A DNA stretch of 47,690 bases, from assembly GCA_038322875.1 (NCBI GenBank), contig JBBQGI010000005.1:1-47690 (forward strand), given 5' to 3'. A model generated the notes under the pieces. That model saw only the letters and a list, made by a program, of their open reading frames with translations. It was not told where the DNA came from and ran no database searches. Within the stretch, counting starts at the first letter, position 1. Each line of letters begins with the position of its first letter. The translations under genes were made by a program, and so were the position numbers. Below are positions 30,703 to 41,550 of the stretch, piece by piece. This DNA comes from Candidatus Limnocylindria bacterium (lineage in GTDB: Bacteria; Chloroflexota; Limnocylindria; QHBO01).

Positions 30703-31383
30703 TCAGCGGATGCCGCTGTCGTACGCGACCTGCAGCTCCACGATGGGCTGGCCCGCCTCGACGTCGAAATCGATCGGCGCAGGTGTCCCCATCAATCCCT
30801 CAACCGGTTGGGGCGTGAGGCGATAGGAGCCCGGCGCCAGGTCGATGGCGAACGTGCCGTCCGCATTCGACTCGGCGCGCGCCACCTCGGCACCAGCACG
30901 ATCGGCGATGACAAGGATGGCGCCGCCAACCGGGCGGTCAGCGCAGGCAGGATCCGGGGGGTCTCTCACCACGGGGCAGGTCGGCCCGGCTGAGACCGTG
31001 CCTCGGACGCCAGTGGCATCGGCCAGTGTATCCCCCTCCTCGTGGGCGAGGGTCACGGTCCCGTCGTTCCCCACCACGTAGGTCCAGCGGTGCTGGTTGA
31101 TGCAGCCGGCCGGGCAGTCTCCCCAACCGATCCGGATCAGTACCTCCCAGCCGCCAGCCTTCTCGGCGACCTCGTACCAGGCGGCTTGGCCGGTGACGTC
31201 CTCCTGGAGCGGCCCGATCCCCGCAAAGCGCGGTTGTTGCGCGAGGGCCACGTGTGCCGCCTCGGCCGCGGTGGTGGGGTGCCTTGGGTCACCCGGGGTC
31301 TGGCCACAGGCTGCCAGGGCCAGCGAGAGCCCGATGACGGCCAGGCACGCGGCAGGCTGGATGGGGGTTCTCACGATCTGCAT
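30703..31383 (-). CDS. Lipoprotein with C-terminal carboxypeptidase-regulatory-like (beta-sandwich) domain
   Basis: Lipobox LAAC; GWGDCPAGCI; GPTCPV...C; DGTFAIDLAPGSY; ends YDSGIR. Confidence 0.8.
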   Translation of the reverse strand: MQIVRTPIQPAACLAVIGLSLALAACGQTPGDPRHPTTAAEAAHVALAQQPRFAGIGPLQEDVTGQAAWYEVAEKAGGWEVLIRIGWGDCPAGCINQHRWTYVVGNDGTVTLAHEEGDTLADATGVRGTVSAGPTCPVVRDPPDPACADRPVGGAILVIADRAGAEVARAESNADGTFAIDLAPGSYRLTPQPVEGLMGTPAPIDFDVEAGQPIVELQVAYDSGIR

Positions 31384-31434
31384 GACGCGGGCCGATGGCC
31401 GCGAGTTCCGCCCACCCGCGCTATCGTCCACGAA

Positions 31435-31893
31435 ATGAGCACCAGGTCTGAGGCCGAGTGGTCCGCCGTGCGCGACGAGTTCCGTGCTCGCGGGTTGCGT
31501 TGGACTCCCCAGCGGAGACTGATCCTCGACGTCCTGGCGGCCTCCACCGGCCACGTCACCGGCGCGGAGATCGTCGAGCGCTGCCGCGACCGCGACCCCG
31601 AGACCACCCCCTCGACGGTATACCGGACGCTCGATGTGCTCGAGGAGCTCGGCTATGTCGATCACAGCCACGGGGCCGACGGCCGCGAGGAGTTCCATGT
31701 GCTCCCCGAGGCGCGCCACGCACATCTGCAGTGCGAGACGTGTGGACGATCGTGGGAGATCGAGCCGGACGAGGTCGGCGGGATGGTGCAGGGGCTGGAG
31801 CGGTCCCGCGGCTTCCAGGTGCATGTCGGCCACCTGACGATCGCAGGCCAATGCTCGGATTGTGCGCGCGCCGCATCGGCCAGGAACAGATGA
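31435..31893 (+). CDS. Fur-family metalloregulator (Nur-like)
   Basis: GLRWTPQRRLIL, STVYRTLDVLEELG, HAHLQCETCG, GQCSDC. Confidence 0.92.
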   Translation: MSTRSEAEWSAVRDEFRARGLRWTPQRRLILDVLAASTGHVTGAEIVERCRDRDPETTPSTVYRTLDVLEELGYVDHSHGADGREEFHVLPEARHAHLQCETCGRSWEIEPDEVGGMVQGLERSRGFQVHVGHLTIAGQCSDCARAASARNR

Positions 31894-31894
31894 G

Positions 31895-31969
31895 TGGCTC
31901 CGGCGGTAGGACTCGAACCTACGACCAAGCGGTTAACAGCCGCCCGCTCTACCACTGAGCTACGCCGGA
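31895..31969 (-). tRNA. tRNA-Asn (GTT)
   Basis: TCCGGCGTAGCTCAGTGGTAGAGCGGGCGGCTGTTAACCGCTTGGTCGTAGGTTCGAGTCCTACCGCCGGAGCCA: 75-nt cloverleaf, G73, CCA. Confidence 0.96.
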
Positions 31970-32008
31970 ACGCGTGCCGCGGCCACGATCAGGCCCTGGG
32001 CAGGCGAG

Positions 32009-32038
32009 ATGATACGCGTCGTCGTCGTGGGCGGTCAA
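32009..32038 (-). promoter_or_regulatory. Sigma70-type promoter of tRNA-Asn
   Basis: TTGACC, 18-nt spacer, TATCAT. Confidence 0.6.
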
Positions 32039-32048
32039 AAACGGGAGG

Positions 32049-33548
32049 TCAGGCCAGGCGGGTAACCGCCGAGATGGCGAGGGCAGCGCCGGCACCGGCA
32101 ACCGCCAGGCCCGAAGCCAGCGGCAGCCAGCCGGCGAGCAGGCCCATCCAGCGGTGCTCCGAGACACGACGCCCGAGGCTCACCGATCCGCGCAGCCATG
32201 TGGTCGCCACCGCCAGTCCGCCCAGCACGGCCGCCATGCCGACGCCGAAGGCGACGATCAGCGTCAATCCCAGCAGCAGCTGCCCCGTGCTGACGGCCAC
32301 CAGCAGCACGATCAGGGCGGATGCACTCGGCACCATGCCGCCGGCCAGGCCCAGCGCGATCACGTTGCGAGCACGCAGAGGAGTCCCGCCCGATCGTGGT
32401 GCGTGGGAGTGCGGATGCGCCTCGCCGTGGGCGTGCGCATCTGCGTGGGCATCGGTGGGGGCATCGGCGTGGTCATGCCCGCGGTGCTGGTGATCTCCCG
32501 GCGCGCGGCTGGTGATCGCCCGGATGACCAGCCCGATCCCCAACGCGACCACCAGCAGGCCTGAGGCCGCCGAGAGCCATCCGATGACGCGTTCCGGGAC
32601 GAGGAACTCGCCGGCGGCCAGCATCACCATGCCGAGCAGGAAGACCCCCGCGGTGTGCGTCACCGCCACGGTCAGGCCAAGCCCGGCGGCCTGCCGCAAG
32701 GTGCCCCGCGAGCCGATCAGGTAGGCCGCGACCAGGGTCTTGCCGTGGCCCGGCGAGATGGCATGGAGCGCCCCGAGGCCGACGGCGAGGAGCAGGCCCA
32801 GGAGCAGGCCGGGGAGGCTGCCATCCCCGACCGCGAGGGCCGCCAGCGGGTCGTTGGCGGTCGAGCGCGGCGCCCCGACGGTCGGCTGGGAGTCGATCGG
32901 CGAGGCCTGCTGGCCCGCAGCCAGGCGCCAGGTTGCGTCGCCCGAGCGGACGTCCAGCGGGGTCTCGAGCGACTGGGTGGGATAGGCGGTCAGCAGGCGC
33001 GATGGGCTCTCCTCCGGTGCGTTTGAGCCTGTAATCCTGACTCCCTCGCCCGAGCCGATGACGACCTCGTGCCAGCCGAGGTGCCCGTCGTCGGCGCGGT
33101 CGGCGACTGCTAGCCGATGCTCCTCTCCGCCTTCCACCAGTGTGGCGACGATGGGGCAGACCAGGCGCAGGGTCTCGAGGCCTCCCGCGCCGGGCGGGAA
33201 GCTGAGCGCCGGCTCGCCATCACGCTGCAGCCGGAGGGCATTGCCATCCACCTGTAGGGAGATCCCCTCGGCCGCGGCCGCGCAGGTGGTGGCGGCGAAC
33301 GCGTCGCGCTCGGAGGCGCTGGCGGTCCCGTCATGATCGGAGTCCATCGCCTCGAGCGCGGCGTACGCGGGGATCTCAGCCATGTCAGTGACGTAGTCGA
33401 GCGCGATGCCCGACGGCCCGATCACGATCGAAATGGCGCGGTTGACGGTGAAGTTGCCGAGTGGGTGCGCGGCCACGGGAGAGGCGATCGCCAGCCCGGC
33501 GAGCACCGCGCCCAGGGCCATGACGATCCGGCGCGGATTGCCGCTCAT
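32049..33548 (-). CDS. RcnA/NiCoT-like Ni/Co membrane transporter fused to a secreted N-terminal domain
   Basis: Signal peptide ending AA-HPLGNFTVNR; HAISPGHGKT; THTAGV; His-rich loop; GGMVPS. Confidence 0.85.
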   Translation of the reverse strand: MSGNPRRIVMALGAVLAGLAIASPVAAHPLGNFTVNRAISIVIGPSGIALDYVTDMAEIPAYAALEAMDSDHDGTASASERDAFAATTCAAAAEGISLQVDGNALRLQRDGEPALSFPPGAGGLETLRLVCPIVATLVEGGEEHRLAVADRADDGHLGWHEVVIGSGEGVRITGSNAPEESPSRLLTAYPTQSLETPLDVRSGDATWRLAAGQQASPIDSQPTVGAPRSTANDPLAALAVGDGSLPGLLLGLLLAVGLGALHAISPGHGKTLVAAYLIGSRGTLRQAAGLGLTVAVTHTAGVFLLGMVMLAAGEFLVPERVIGWLSAASGLLVVALGIGLVIRAITSRAPGDHQHRGHDHADAPTDAHADAHAHGEAHPHSHAPRSGGTPLRARNVIALGLAGGMVPSASALIVLLVAVSTGQLLLGLTLIVAFGVGMAAVLGGLAVATTWLRGSVSLGRRVSEHRWMGLLAGWLPLASGLAVAGAGAALAISAVTRLA

Positions 33549-34939
33549 GGAGCGCTCGCGCCCCCGAGCGCCGCGAGCGCCTGCGCGGCAAGCGACACTT
33601 GGAGGGGAGGCAGAGCCGCAGCTCCGGTGACGGCCTCAGTCAGCAGCCGACGCGCGTCGTCGCTCCTCCCCTGCGCCGCTGCGATCATGCCGGCGTGGTA
33701 GGCGATGCGCGGGTCGTGCGTGCCGAGCGCCAGGGCGGCATCGGCCTCCGTGGCCGCCTCGCTCAGCTGGCCCGACTTGAAGAGGACCCATGCCAACGCG
33801 TCGTGCCCGAAGACGTCTTTGCGCACCACGAGCTCCGCACGCGCCAGGGCCAGGGCATCGGGGAGTCCGCGGTCGTGGTCTGCCGCAAAGATCACCAGCT
33901 GGCGGTTGTAGACGGCGCCGGTGGCGCGAGCGACGGCACCGATCCGCTCGACCAGGCCATACGCCTGCTCCGCGGCGACGTTGTCGCCGGCGAGGGCGTA
34001 CAGGTCACCCAGCGCAGAGACCATCTCCGGCTGCGGGATCTGGTCGGTCGCCTGCTTGAGCAGGGTGATCGCCTGGTCGCGGCGGCCCTGGGCCTCGTAC
34101 ACCCTTGCCAATCCGGCAGTGGCGGGAACGTACTCAGGCAGATCGTCGAGGGCGCGCCGGTAGGCGGCAGCTGCGGCCTCGTTGTCGCCGCGGGCCCGAT
34201 CCAGCTCCCCGAGCTGGAAGAGATAGAACGCACTCGTCTCCGAGGCCGGCTCGTCGACCATGGCCTCGATGGAGCGCTGCACCAGGCCAATTGCGCGGTC
34301 GATGTCGCCCTCGATGAAGGCGAGATGCGAGAGACGGCTCCAGACCGGTGCAGACGGTACCTGGCGATCGAGCGCCAGGTAGCTGTCGCGGGCAACCTGG
34401 ATGTCGCCGAGCTCGAGGCTGGCATCACCAAGGGTTGCCCGGGCCTGGAGCTGATCGGGAGCATCGGCCAGGATGGACTGTGCCTCAGCGCGTGCGCCGA
34501 CGAAGTCGTGCACCGCGAAGAGGATGGTGGCGTGCAGCTGCCTGGCAGGGAGATAGGTGTGGTTTGCAGCCAGTGCGCGGCTGACCGCGGTGAGGGCTCG
34601 ATCGTAATCGGCCAGGTCCCCTGTGAGCCGGGCTCGCCCGACGTACACGGTGCCGAGGTTGGTCGCCGCGATGTAGTTGGCGGCGCTGGCCTCGAGCGAG
34701 CTGTTCCAGGCCCGAATGGCACCATCGTAGCGGGCCATCAGGAGCTCGGACCGGCCGGCCGGGGGGGCGGGCTCGTCGAGCGGTGCGAGGCTGGCGGCGG
34801 GGTCGGCCGCCGGCGGCGCGACGGGAGGGCCGCTGCTCAGCGCAGCAGCGAGGTAGCTGGCGGCGACGACGAGCAGTGCCGTGCCCAGCAGCGCGACGGG
34901 CCGTGGGCGGAAGAGAGGCAGTCGACGTTTCGTGATCAT
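33545..34939 (-). CDS. Secreted/membrane-anchored TPR protein
   Basis: N-terminal hydrophobic helix, multiple TPR-like helical repeats, DALAWVLFKSG, YHAGMI. Confidence 0.88.
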   Translation of the reverse strand: MITKRRLPLFRPRPVALLGTALLVVAASYLAAALSSGPPVAPPAADPAASLAPLDEPAPPAGRSELLMARYDGAIRAWNSSLEASAANYIAATNLGTVYVGRARLTGDLADYDRALTAVSRALAANHTYLPARQLHATILFAVHDFVGARAEAQSILADAPDQLQARATLGDASLELGDIQVARDSYLALDRQVPSAPVWSRLSHLAFIEGDIDRAIGLVQRSIEAMVDEPASETSAFYLFQLGELDRARGDNEAAAAAYRRALDDLPEYVPATAGLARVYEAQGRRDQAITLLKQATDQIPQPEMVSALGDLYALAGDNVAAEQAYGLVERIGAVARATGAVYNRQLVIFAADHDRGLPDALALARAELVVRKDVFGHDALAWVLFKSGQLSEAATEADAALALGTHDPRIAYHAGMIAAAQGRSDDARRLLTEAVTGAAALPPLQVSLAAQALAALGGASAP

Positions 34940-34969
34940 GTCGTCACTCGCGTGAAATGGGGACTGGAG

Positions 34970-34999
34970 TGGGCAGGCCGGCCAGAGCCGGCCTGCCCA
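34970..34999. terminator. Strong intergenic hairpin (terminator or mRNA-stabilising stem)
   Basis: TGGGCAGGCCGGC-CAGA-GCCGGCCTGCCCA: 13-bp perfect stem, no U-tract. Confidence 0.55.
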
Positions 35000-35007
35000 T
35001 CGCTGGG

Positions 35008-36141
35008 TCAGTGAGGCTTGCCCAGGAAGGGGAACCTCTTCAGGTAGTCGGCGTGCTTGGCGACGCAGTCGCCGGCCGCCGGGTTGTGGAGGACGATCTG
35101 CAGCTCCGCATCGATGACGTCATCGGTCAGGGCTCGACCGTTGAGGATGTTGGTCCCCACGGAGGTCGTGTCATACGTGATGACATCGGGGATCAGGGCC
35201 GCCGCCAGTCCGTTGGCATCGGTGGCCGAGTAGCCGCCGAGCGCCTGGAGGACTGCAGAGACGTTGCCGCGGAACGGCATGCCGGCGTCGTCCTGCATCG
35301 AGGGTGGCGTGACGTTGAACAGCTCCTTGTCGGCACCGTTGTTGAAGACGGTGTTGATCGCCGGTCGACCCACCTGGTCGACGATCGTCCAGGTCTTGCC
35401 GGTCTTCTGCCGGGTGTCAGCCCAGACGCCGATGTGGGTGCCGAGCCACCTGTCCGGCACTTCAAGCACGATGGCCAGGGTGTTGAGCGGCGCGAAGAAA
35501 TCCGTCCCCGTGCCGTCTGGATCAGGATCCACGCCCAGGCTGCAGAACCGCTGCGTGCTGGCCGGATCGATGCCAAGCTGGCCACGGAAGCCAATCAGGT
35601 CGAAGAAGAACGGATCGGAGCGCTCGCCGGCGAACACCTTGGTACCGCGAAGACCGCGGTTGCCGCCGTGCTCCTTGTTGTCACCGGTCTCGCCCCAGGC
35701 GACGACCTGACCACGGCCACTGGCGTTCACGGCAGCGGCGCCCGTGTAGCGCCTCACCTTGAAGTCCTGGCCGCCATCGGATTCGGCCTTGCCGAAGGTG
35801 GTGACGAACGAGACGTCCTGGATCGCGTCTCCGTTGTTATCGACGTTCAGCCGGTACTGCACATTGGTCGCGTACAAGCCAAATGGGTCGATGGTCGGGA
35901 CATTGACCGCCGGGTTGGTGGTCATGACCAGGACGGTGTGGCGGCTCTTGGTTGGGAAGACATAGAGGTCATTGATGTCCCGGTCGCCCTTCAACGCGCC
36001 GGTCGAAAGTGAGCCGAGCGACGGGGCGTCCAGGTGGTCGGCCGCGCCGACCCGCAGCGCAGCCGAGCCGACCAGCAAGGCCAGCACGGTGAGCGCGAGG
36101 ACGATCGGTCCGTAGACGGACCGCAAGGCAAATGCACGCAT
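35008..36141 (-). CDS. Secreted DUF4331-like protein
   Basis: Signal peptide then ADHLDAP, DINDLYVF, FAGERSDPFFFD, QVGRPAINTV, NGRALTDDVID, FPFLGKPH. AAGGAG SD. Confidence 0.85.
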   Translation of the reverse strand: MRAFALRSVYGPIVLALTVLALLVGSAALRVGAADHLDAPSLGSLSTGALKGDRDINDLYVFPTKSRHTVLVMTTNPAVNVPTIDPFGLYATNVQYRLNVDNNGDAIQDVSFVTTFGKAESDGGQDFKVRRYTGAAAVNASGRGQVVAWGETGDNKEHGGNRGLRGTKVFAGERSDPFFFDLIGFRGQLGIDPASTQRFCSLGVDPDPDGTGTDFFAPLNTLAIVLEVPDRWLGTHIGVWADTRQKTGKTWTIVDQVGRPAINTVFNNGADKELFNVTPPSMQDDAGMPFRGNVSAVLQALGGYSATDANGLAAALIPDVITYDTTSVGTNILNGRALTDDVIDAELQIVLHNPAAGDCVAKHADYLKRFPFLGKPH

Positions 36142-36463
36142 GGGGATGTATTCACTCCTTCGAAAATTGACTCCGGTGGGCTGACGTCCAGCTCGCGCGG
36201 GATCCAACGCGCCGCTCTGACTGCCCGGAATACGGTCGCGGCTTCGGTGTGCATCAGCGGCGAACACCAAGGCCGCCACGGCGGCCGCCTGATGATCACG
36301 ACCATGCTGATCCACTCCGTGGTCATCCCGGCGCTGATCGCAGTGGTCGGGGTCGCCTCCCTGGTGGTGAGCGATACGGACTTTGAGGCCGAGCGTCGCT
36401 GGCGGATCCTGGCAGGGGGTCAACGAAGGGACGGCGTTAGACGGGATCGCTTTCCGGCAAGGC

Positions 36464-36859
36464 TCAGGAGCGGGGGCGCATCTCGCGGACGGCGTTGGCG
36501 ATCGGTGGGTGATCGACGTAATCGAGGCCGGCTGACTCGACGATGCGGCGCGCCTGGTCTGAGCCCGTCTCGCACCACACTGCGCGGGCGCCGACCTCCC
36601 GGGCGAGGTTGACGATGTCCGGCAATTCGTCGGTGGGTCGGTGGGAGTAGACGATATCGGCCTGCGCCGGTTGGCCACCCGCAGGTCGGGTCACGACTGC
36701 GTCCCCCTCGACCTCATATGCCCGGTAATCCTCAGGCGCAGGCCCCTCTGACGCGACCACCTCAAATCCCGCTCGAGCCAGCGACTCGGGCACCTCCCGA
36801 TCGGGCCAGTCGATCAGCAGGATGGTCCGGCTGGCTTGGAGCAACTCCGCGGGTGTCAT
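36464..36859 (-). CDS. CoA-binding (YccU-like) protein
   Basis: Rossmann-like: ADIVYSHRP...AREVGARAVW...ARRIVESAGLDYV. Start at 36859 (GTG at 36910 is an alternative). Confidence 0.7.
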   Translation of the reverse strand: MTPAELLQASRTILLIDWPDREVPESLARAGFEVVASEGPAPEDYRAYEVEGDAVVTRPAGGQPAQADIVYSHRPTDELPDIVNLAREVGARAVWCETGSDQARRIVESAGLDYVDHPPIANAVREMRPRS

Positions 36860-36917
36860 ACCTGCGGATGATACGTCCAGCCCGTCGGCCGGGGAATACC
36901 CCTCGGCCACTGGCGGT

Positions 36918-38921
<2,004 letters not shown>

Positions 38922-38923
38922 GG

Positions 38924-40762
38924 TCAGTTCCTCCTCACACCGACCGCCAGGGCCGGGTTATCCATCGCCTTGTCGACATCGTTCCGCTTCTCGCGGAGCT
39001 GGTTCAGCGTGTGATTGAGCGCCTGCACCTGCTCTTGATCCCCTTCGCGTTGCGCCTCGACGAGCAGCAGCTGTGCGTCGTGCATGTCCTCGGCGACGCG
39101 CCCTTTCTGCAGGCGCAGCAGGCAGGTACGGAGCTCGTTACGAGCCTCACCAGGCTCGAGGGGTGTCGAGTTGCCGTTGGCAGCCAGGTACCCGAGCAGC
39201 TCACGGGCAAGGCCCGCGGTGGCAGGGTCGAGGCCGCCGACGAAGGTCTCCAGGTCGGCCGCAGTGGCCGGTCCCTCGCTGACGTGCGCCTTCCAGGCGA
39301 CGATCAGAGCGGTCGCGGCGGCATCGTGGAACGGGAGCGGCTCCTCAGGCGTGAGCTCGGCGATCAGCGCCGGGTAGCGGAGCAGCAGGCCGAGCGCCTC
39401 GCGCTCGAGAGGATCGGGGCCGAGCGGGCTAGCAGGGGCGATCCCGGGGCCAACCGGGACCGGAGCCGCGCGCGCGGCGCGGCGCACCGGCTCGCGGGCA
39501 AGAGCCTCGCGCAGCACCTTCTCGTCGACGTTGACGAGTCGACCGAGGCGCTGGAGGTACAGCGACTGCTCGACCGGGCTGTTGAAGCGCTTGATGATCG
39601 GCAGGATGACCGAGGTCACCTCGCGCCGCCCGCCGACGGATTGAATGTCAACCGTGGTTGTGACCTGTTGAATCCAATACTCCATCAACTCCGTGCGCTC
39701 AGCTACGGCGCGGCGCCAGCCCTCCGGGTCGTTGCGCACGAACTCGTCGGGGTCTTTCTCCGCCGAGATCCGAATCACACGGAATTTGTCCGCGACCGGG
39801 ACCAGTTCCTCGAGCAACCCACGCTGAGTGGCCGTTTCACCTGCCAGGTCGACGTCATAGGCGAGGGCCACCTCGTCGGCGTATTTCAGCGCCTGCTCAA
39901 CCTGACCTTTGGTCAACGCCGTGCCGAGGCTGGCCACCACGTTCGTGAAGCCCGCCTGGTGAGCGGCCATCACATCGGTGTAACCCTCGACGATCACCGT
40001 CAGCTTTTCGCGGCGGATCGTCGCCTTGGCCAGGTCGAGCCCATACAGGATGTGGCTCTTGTCGAAGAGCGGACCGGCCGGCGAGTTCAGGTACTTGGGG
40101 CCTTCGGCCCCGGGCATGATCCGGCCACCGAGGCCGACCGCCCGCCCCGAGGCATCGCGGATGGGGATGATGATGCGCCCGCGGAACTTGTCGATCACGC
40201 CGCCGCGATTCGACGGCGAAGCGAGCCCGGCCGAGATCAGTTCCTCGTCCTTGAAGCCACGGCTGATGAGCCGACTGGTCAGGGCGCCCCAGTTGGTTAG
40301 CGCATAGCCGATGCTGAAGCGCTCCAAGGTCTCGCTCGTCAGGCCGCGCTCTTCGAGGTAGGCGCGTGCCTTCTCGGCCTGCGGAGTTCGCAACAGCACC
40401 TCGCGGTACCAGGCGATGGCAGCTTCGAGGGCGTCGCGAAGCCGCTTCCTGTAGCGGTCCTCCGTGGCCGTCTGGGCCGAGAGCTCCACGCCCGCCTTCT
40501 CCGCCAGGCGCGACAGGGCCTCACGGAAGTCGATCCCATCGCGGCGCATCAGGAAGGTGAAGATATCCCCGCCCTCGCCACAGCCGAAGCAGCGCCAGCT
40601 CTCGCGGTCGGGGCTGACGATAAAGGAGGGTGTCTTCTCGGCGTGGAAGGGACAGAGGCCCTTGTAGGCGGAGCCAGCCCGTTTCAGGGCGACCGTCTCG
40701 CCCACCACGTCGATCACGGGGAGCTTGGATTTGATCTCGGCGGCGATGCCGGATGAGGTCAT
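38924..40762 (-). CDS. dnaG: DNA primase
   Basis: [11 protein letters not shown]...[40 protein letters not shown]. Confidence 0.97.
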   Translation of the reverse strand: MTSSGIAAEIKSKLPVIDVVGETVALKRAGSAYKGLCPFHAEKTPSFIVSPDRESWRCFGCGEGGDIFTFLMRRDGIDFREALSRLAEKAGVELSAQTATEDRYRKRLRDALEAAIAWYREVLLRTPQAEKARAYLEERGLTSETLERFSIGYALTNWGALTSRLISRGFKDEELISAGLASPSNRGGVIDKFRGRIIIPIRDASGRAVGLGGRIMPGAEGPKYLNSPAGPLFDKSHILYGLDLAKATIRREKLTVIVEGYTDVMAAHQAGFTNVVASLGTALTKGQVEQALKYADEVALAYDVDLAGETATQRGLLEELVPVADKFRVIRISAEKDPDEFVRNDPEGWRRAVAERTELMEYWIQQVTTTVDIQSVGGRREVTSVILPIIKRFNSPVEQSLYLQRLGRLVNVDEKVLREALAREPVRRAARAAPVPVGPGIAPASPLGPDPLEREALGLLLRYPALIAELTPEEPLPFHDAAATALIVAWKAHVSEGPATAADLETFVGGLDPATAGLARELLGYLAANGNSTPLEPGEARNELRTCLLRLQKGRVAEDMHDAQLLLVEAQREGDQEQVQALNHTLNQLREKRNDVDKAMDNPALAVGVRRN

Positions 40763-40956
40763 ACGGCGGAGGTATCCCGCGCCACGTGGCGCATTGTCAA
40801 GGGCTTGTCAAGGGGGACGGAGCAATTCTATCACGAAGTCAAGCGGCTCCTCTTCGCCCGGAGCCGCGCAGCGTGACTGGATAGGTTGTCTCCAGGTCCT
40901 ACACTGCCACTCACTCGGTCCGTCGAGGCGATTATCTGCTGAGGAGCACCACCGCC

Positions 40957-41550
40957 ATCCCGCGCGCTAAGCGTCCCGCCGATCCGGAACTCACGCTCGC
41001 GGAGGCATTTCGGGAGCTGCACGGCCCGAGCCTGCATGGTTTCGCACTGCTCGTCGCCCTCGGGGAGCGAGAGCCAGCCGAACGAGCGGCAGCGGGGGCG
41101 CTGACGGCCGGAGCCGAGCAAGCCGCCGCGCAGCGGCATCCAGAGCGCGCAGCGGCATGGCTTCGCGCGCGCACACTTCGGGATCTCCAGCACGGACGCT
41201 CGCGCATCGCATCGGCCGGACAAGAGATGCGACGTGAGGCGCTCGCCGAGCTCGGAGTTCAGGAGGCCGTCTTTCGTGGATTGGCAGCGCTCGGCACTGA
41301 GGGACGCGCGGCACTGGTCGCGTCCGCGATCGAGCGCTTCGACCCGATCGACATCGAGACCATCCTTGGCGCCGGAGCCGGTGCGACCCGGCGCGTCATC
41401 GCCGAGGCGCGAGGTCGCTATCTCCGGAGTGTTGGGAATATGCCGGTGGATTCGCCCGGCTCGCCACTCGAAGTCCCTGCAGGCGAGCTCACCACGCGGG
41501 TGCGGGGCATCGTCGCCCGCGCGATCACGGCCGTGCGCGACGCAACATGA
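40957..41550 (+). CDS. Degenerate ECF sigma-factor-like protein (non-canonical start)
   Basis: The frame of ORF 41227-41550 stays open back to a stop at 40882-40884 and encodes a sigma2-like segment (AFRELHGPSLHGFALLVALGEREPAERAAAGAL...HPERAAAWLR) before the sigma4-like segment. GAGGAG lies 10 nt before ATC at 40957. Confidence 0.65.
   Translation: MPRAKRPADPELTLAEAFRELHGPSLHGFALLVALGEREPAERAAAGALTAGAEQAAAQRHPERAAAWLRARTLRDLQHGRSRIASAGQEMRREALAELGVQEAVFRGLAALGTEGRAALVASAIERFDPIDIETILGAGAGATRRVIAEARGRYLRSVGNMPVDSPGSPLEVPAGELTTRVRGIVARAITAVRDAT

Noticed and set aside
27458-31894. tRNA-anchored genomic island carrying parAB
   Set aside because: No integrase, no duplicated tRNA 3' end seen, and composition matches the flanks.
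33815-33830. Fourth copy of the candidate parS (GTCTTTGCGCACCACG)
   Set aside because: Only the first 11 of 16 bases match; possible weak site but not counted as evidence.
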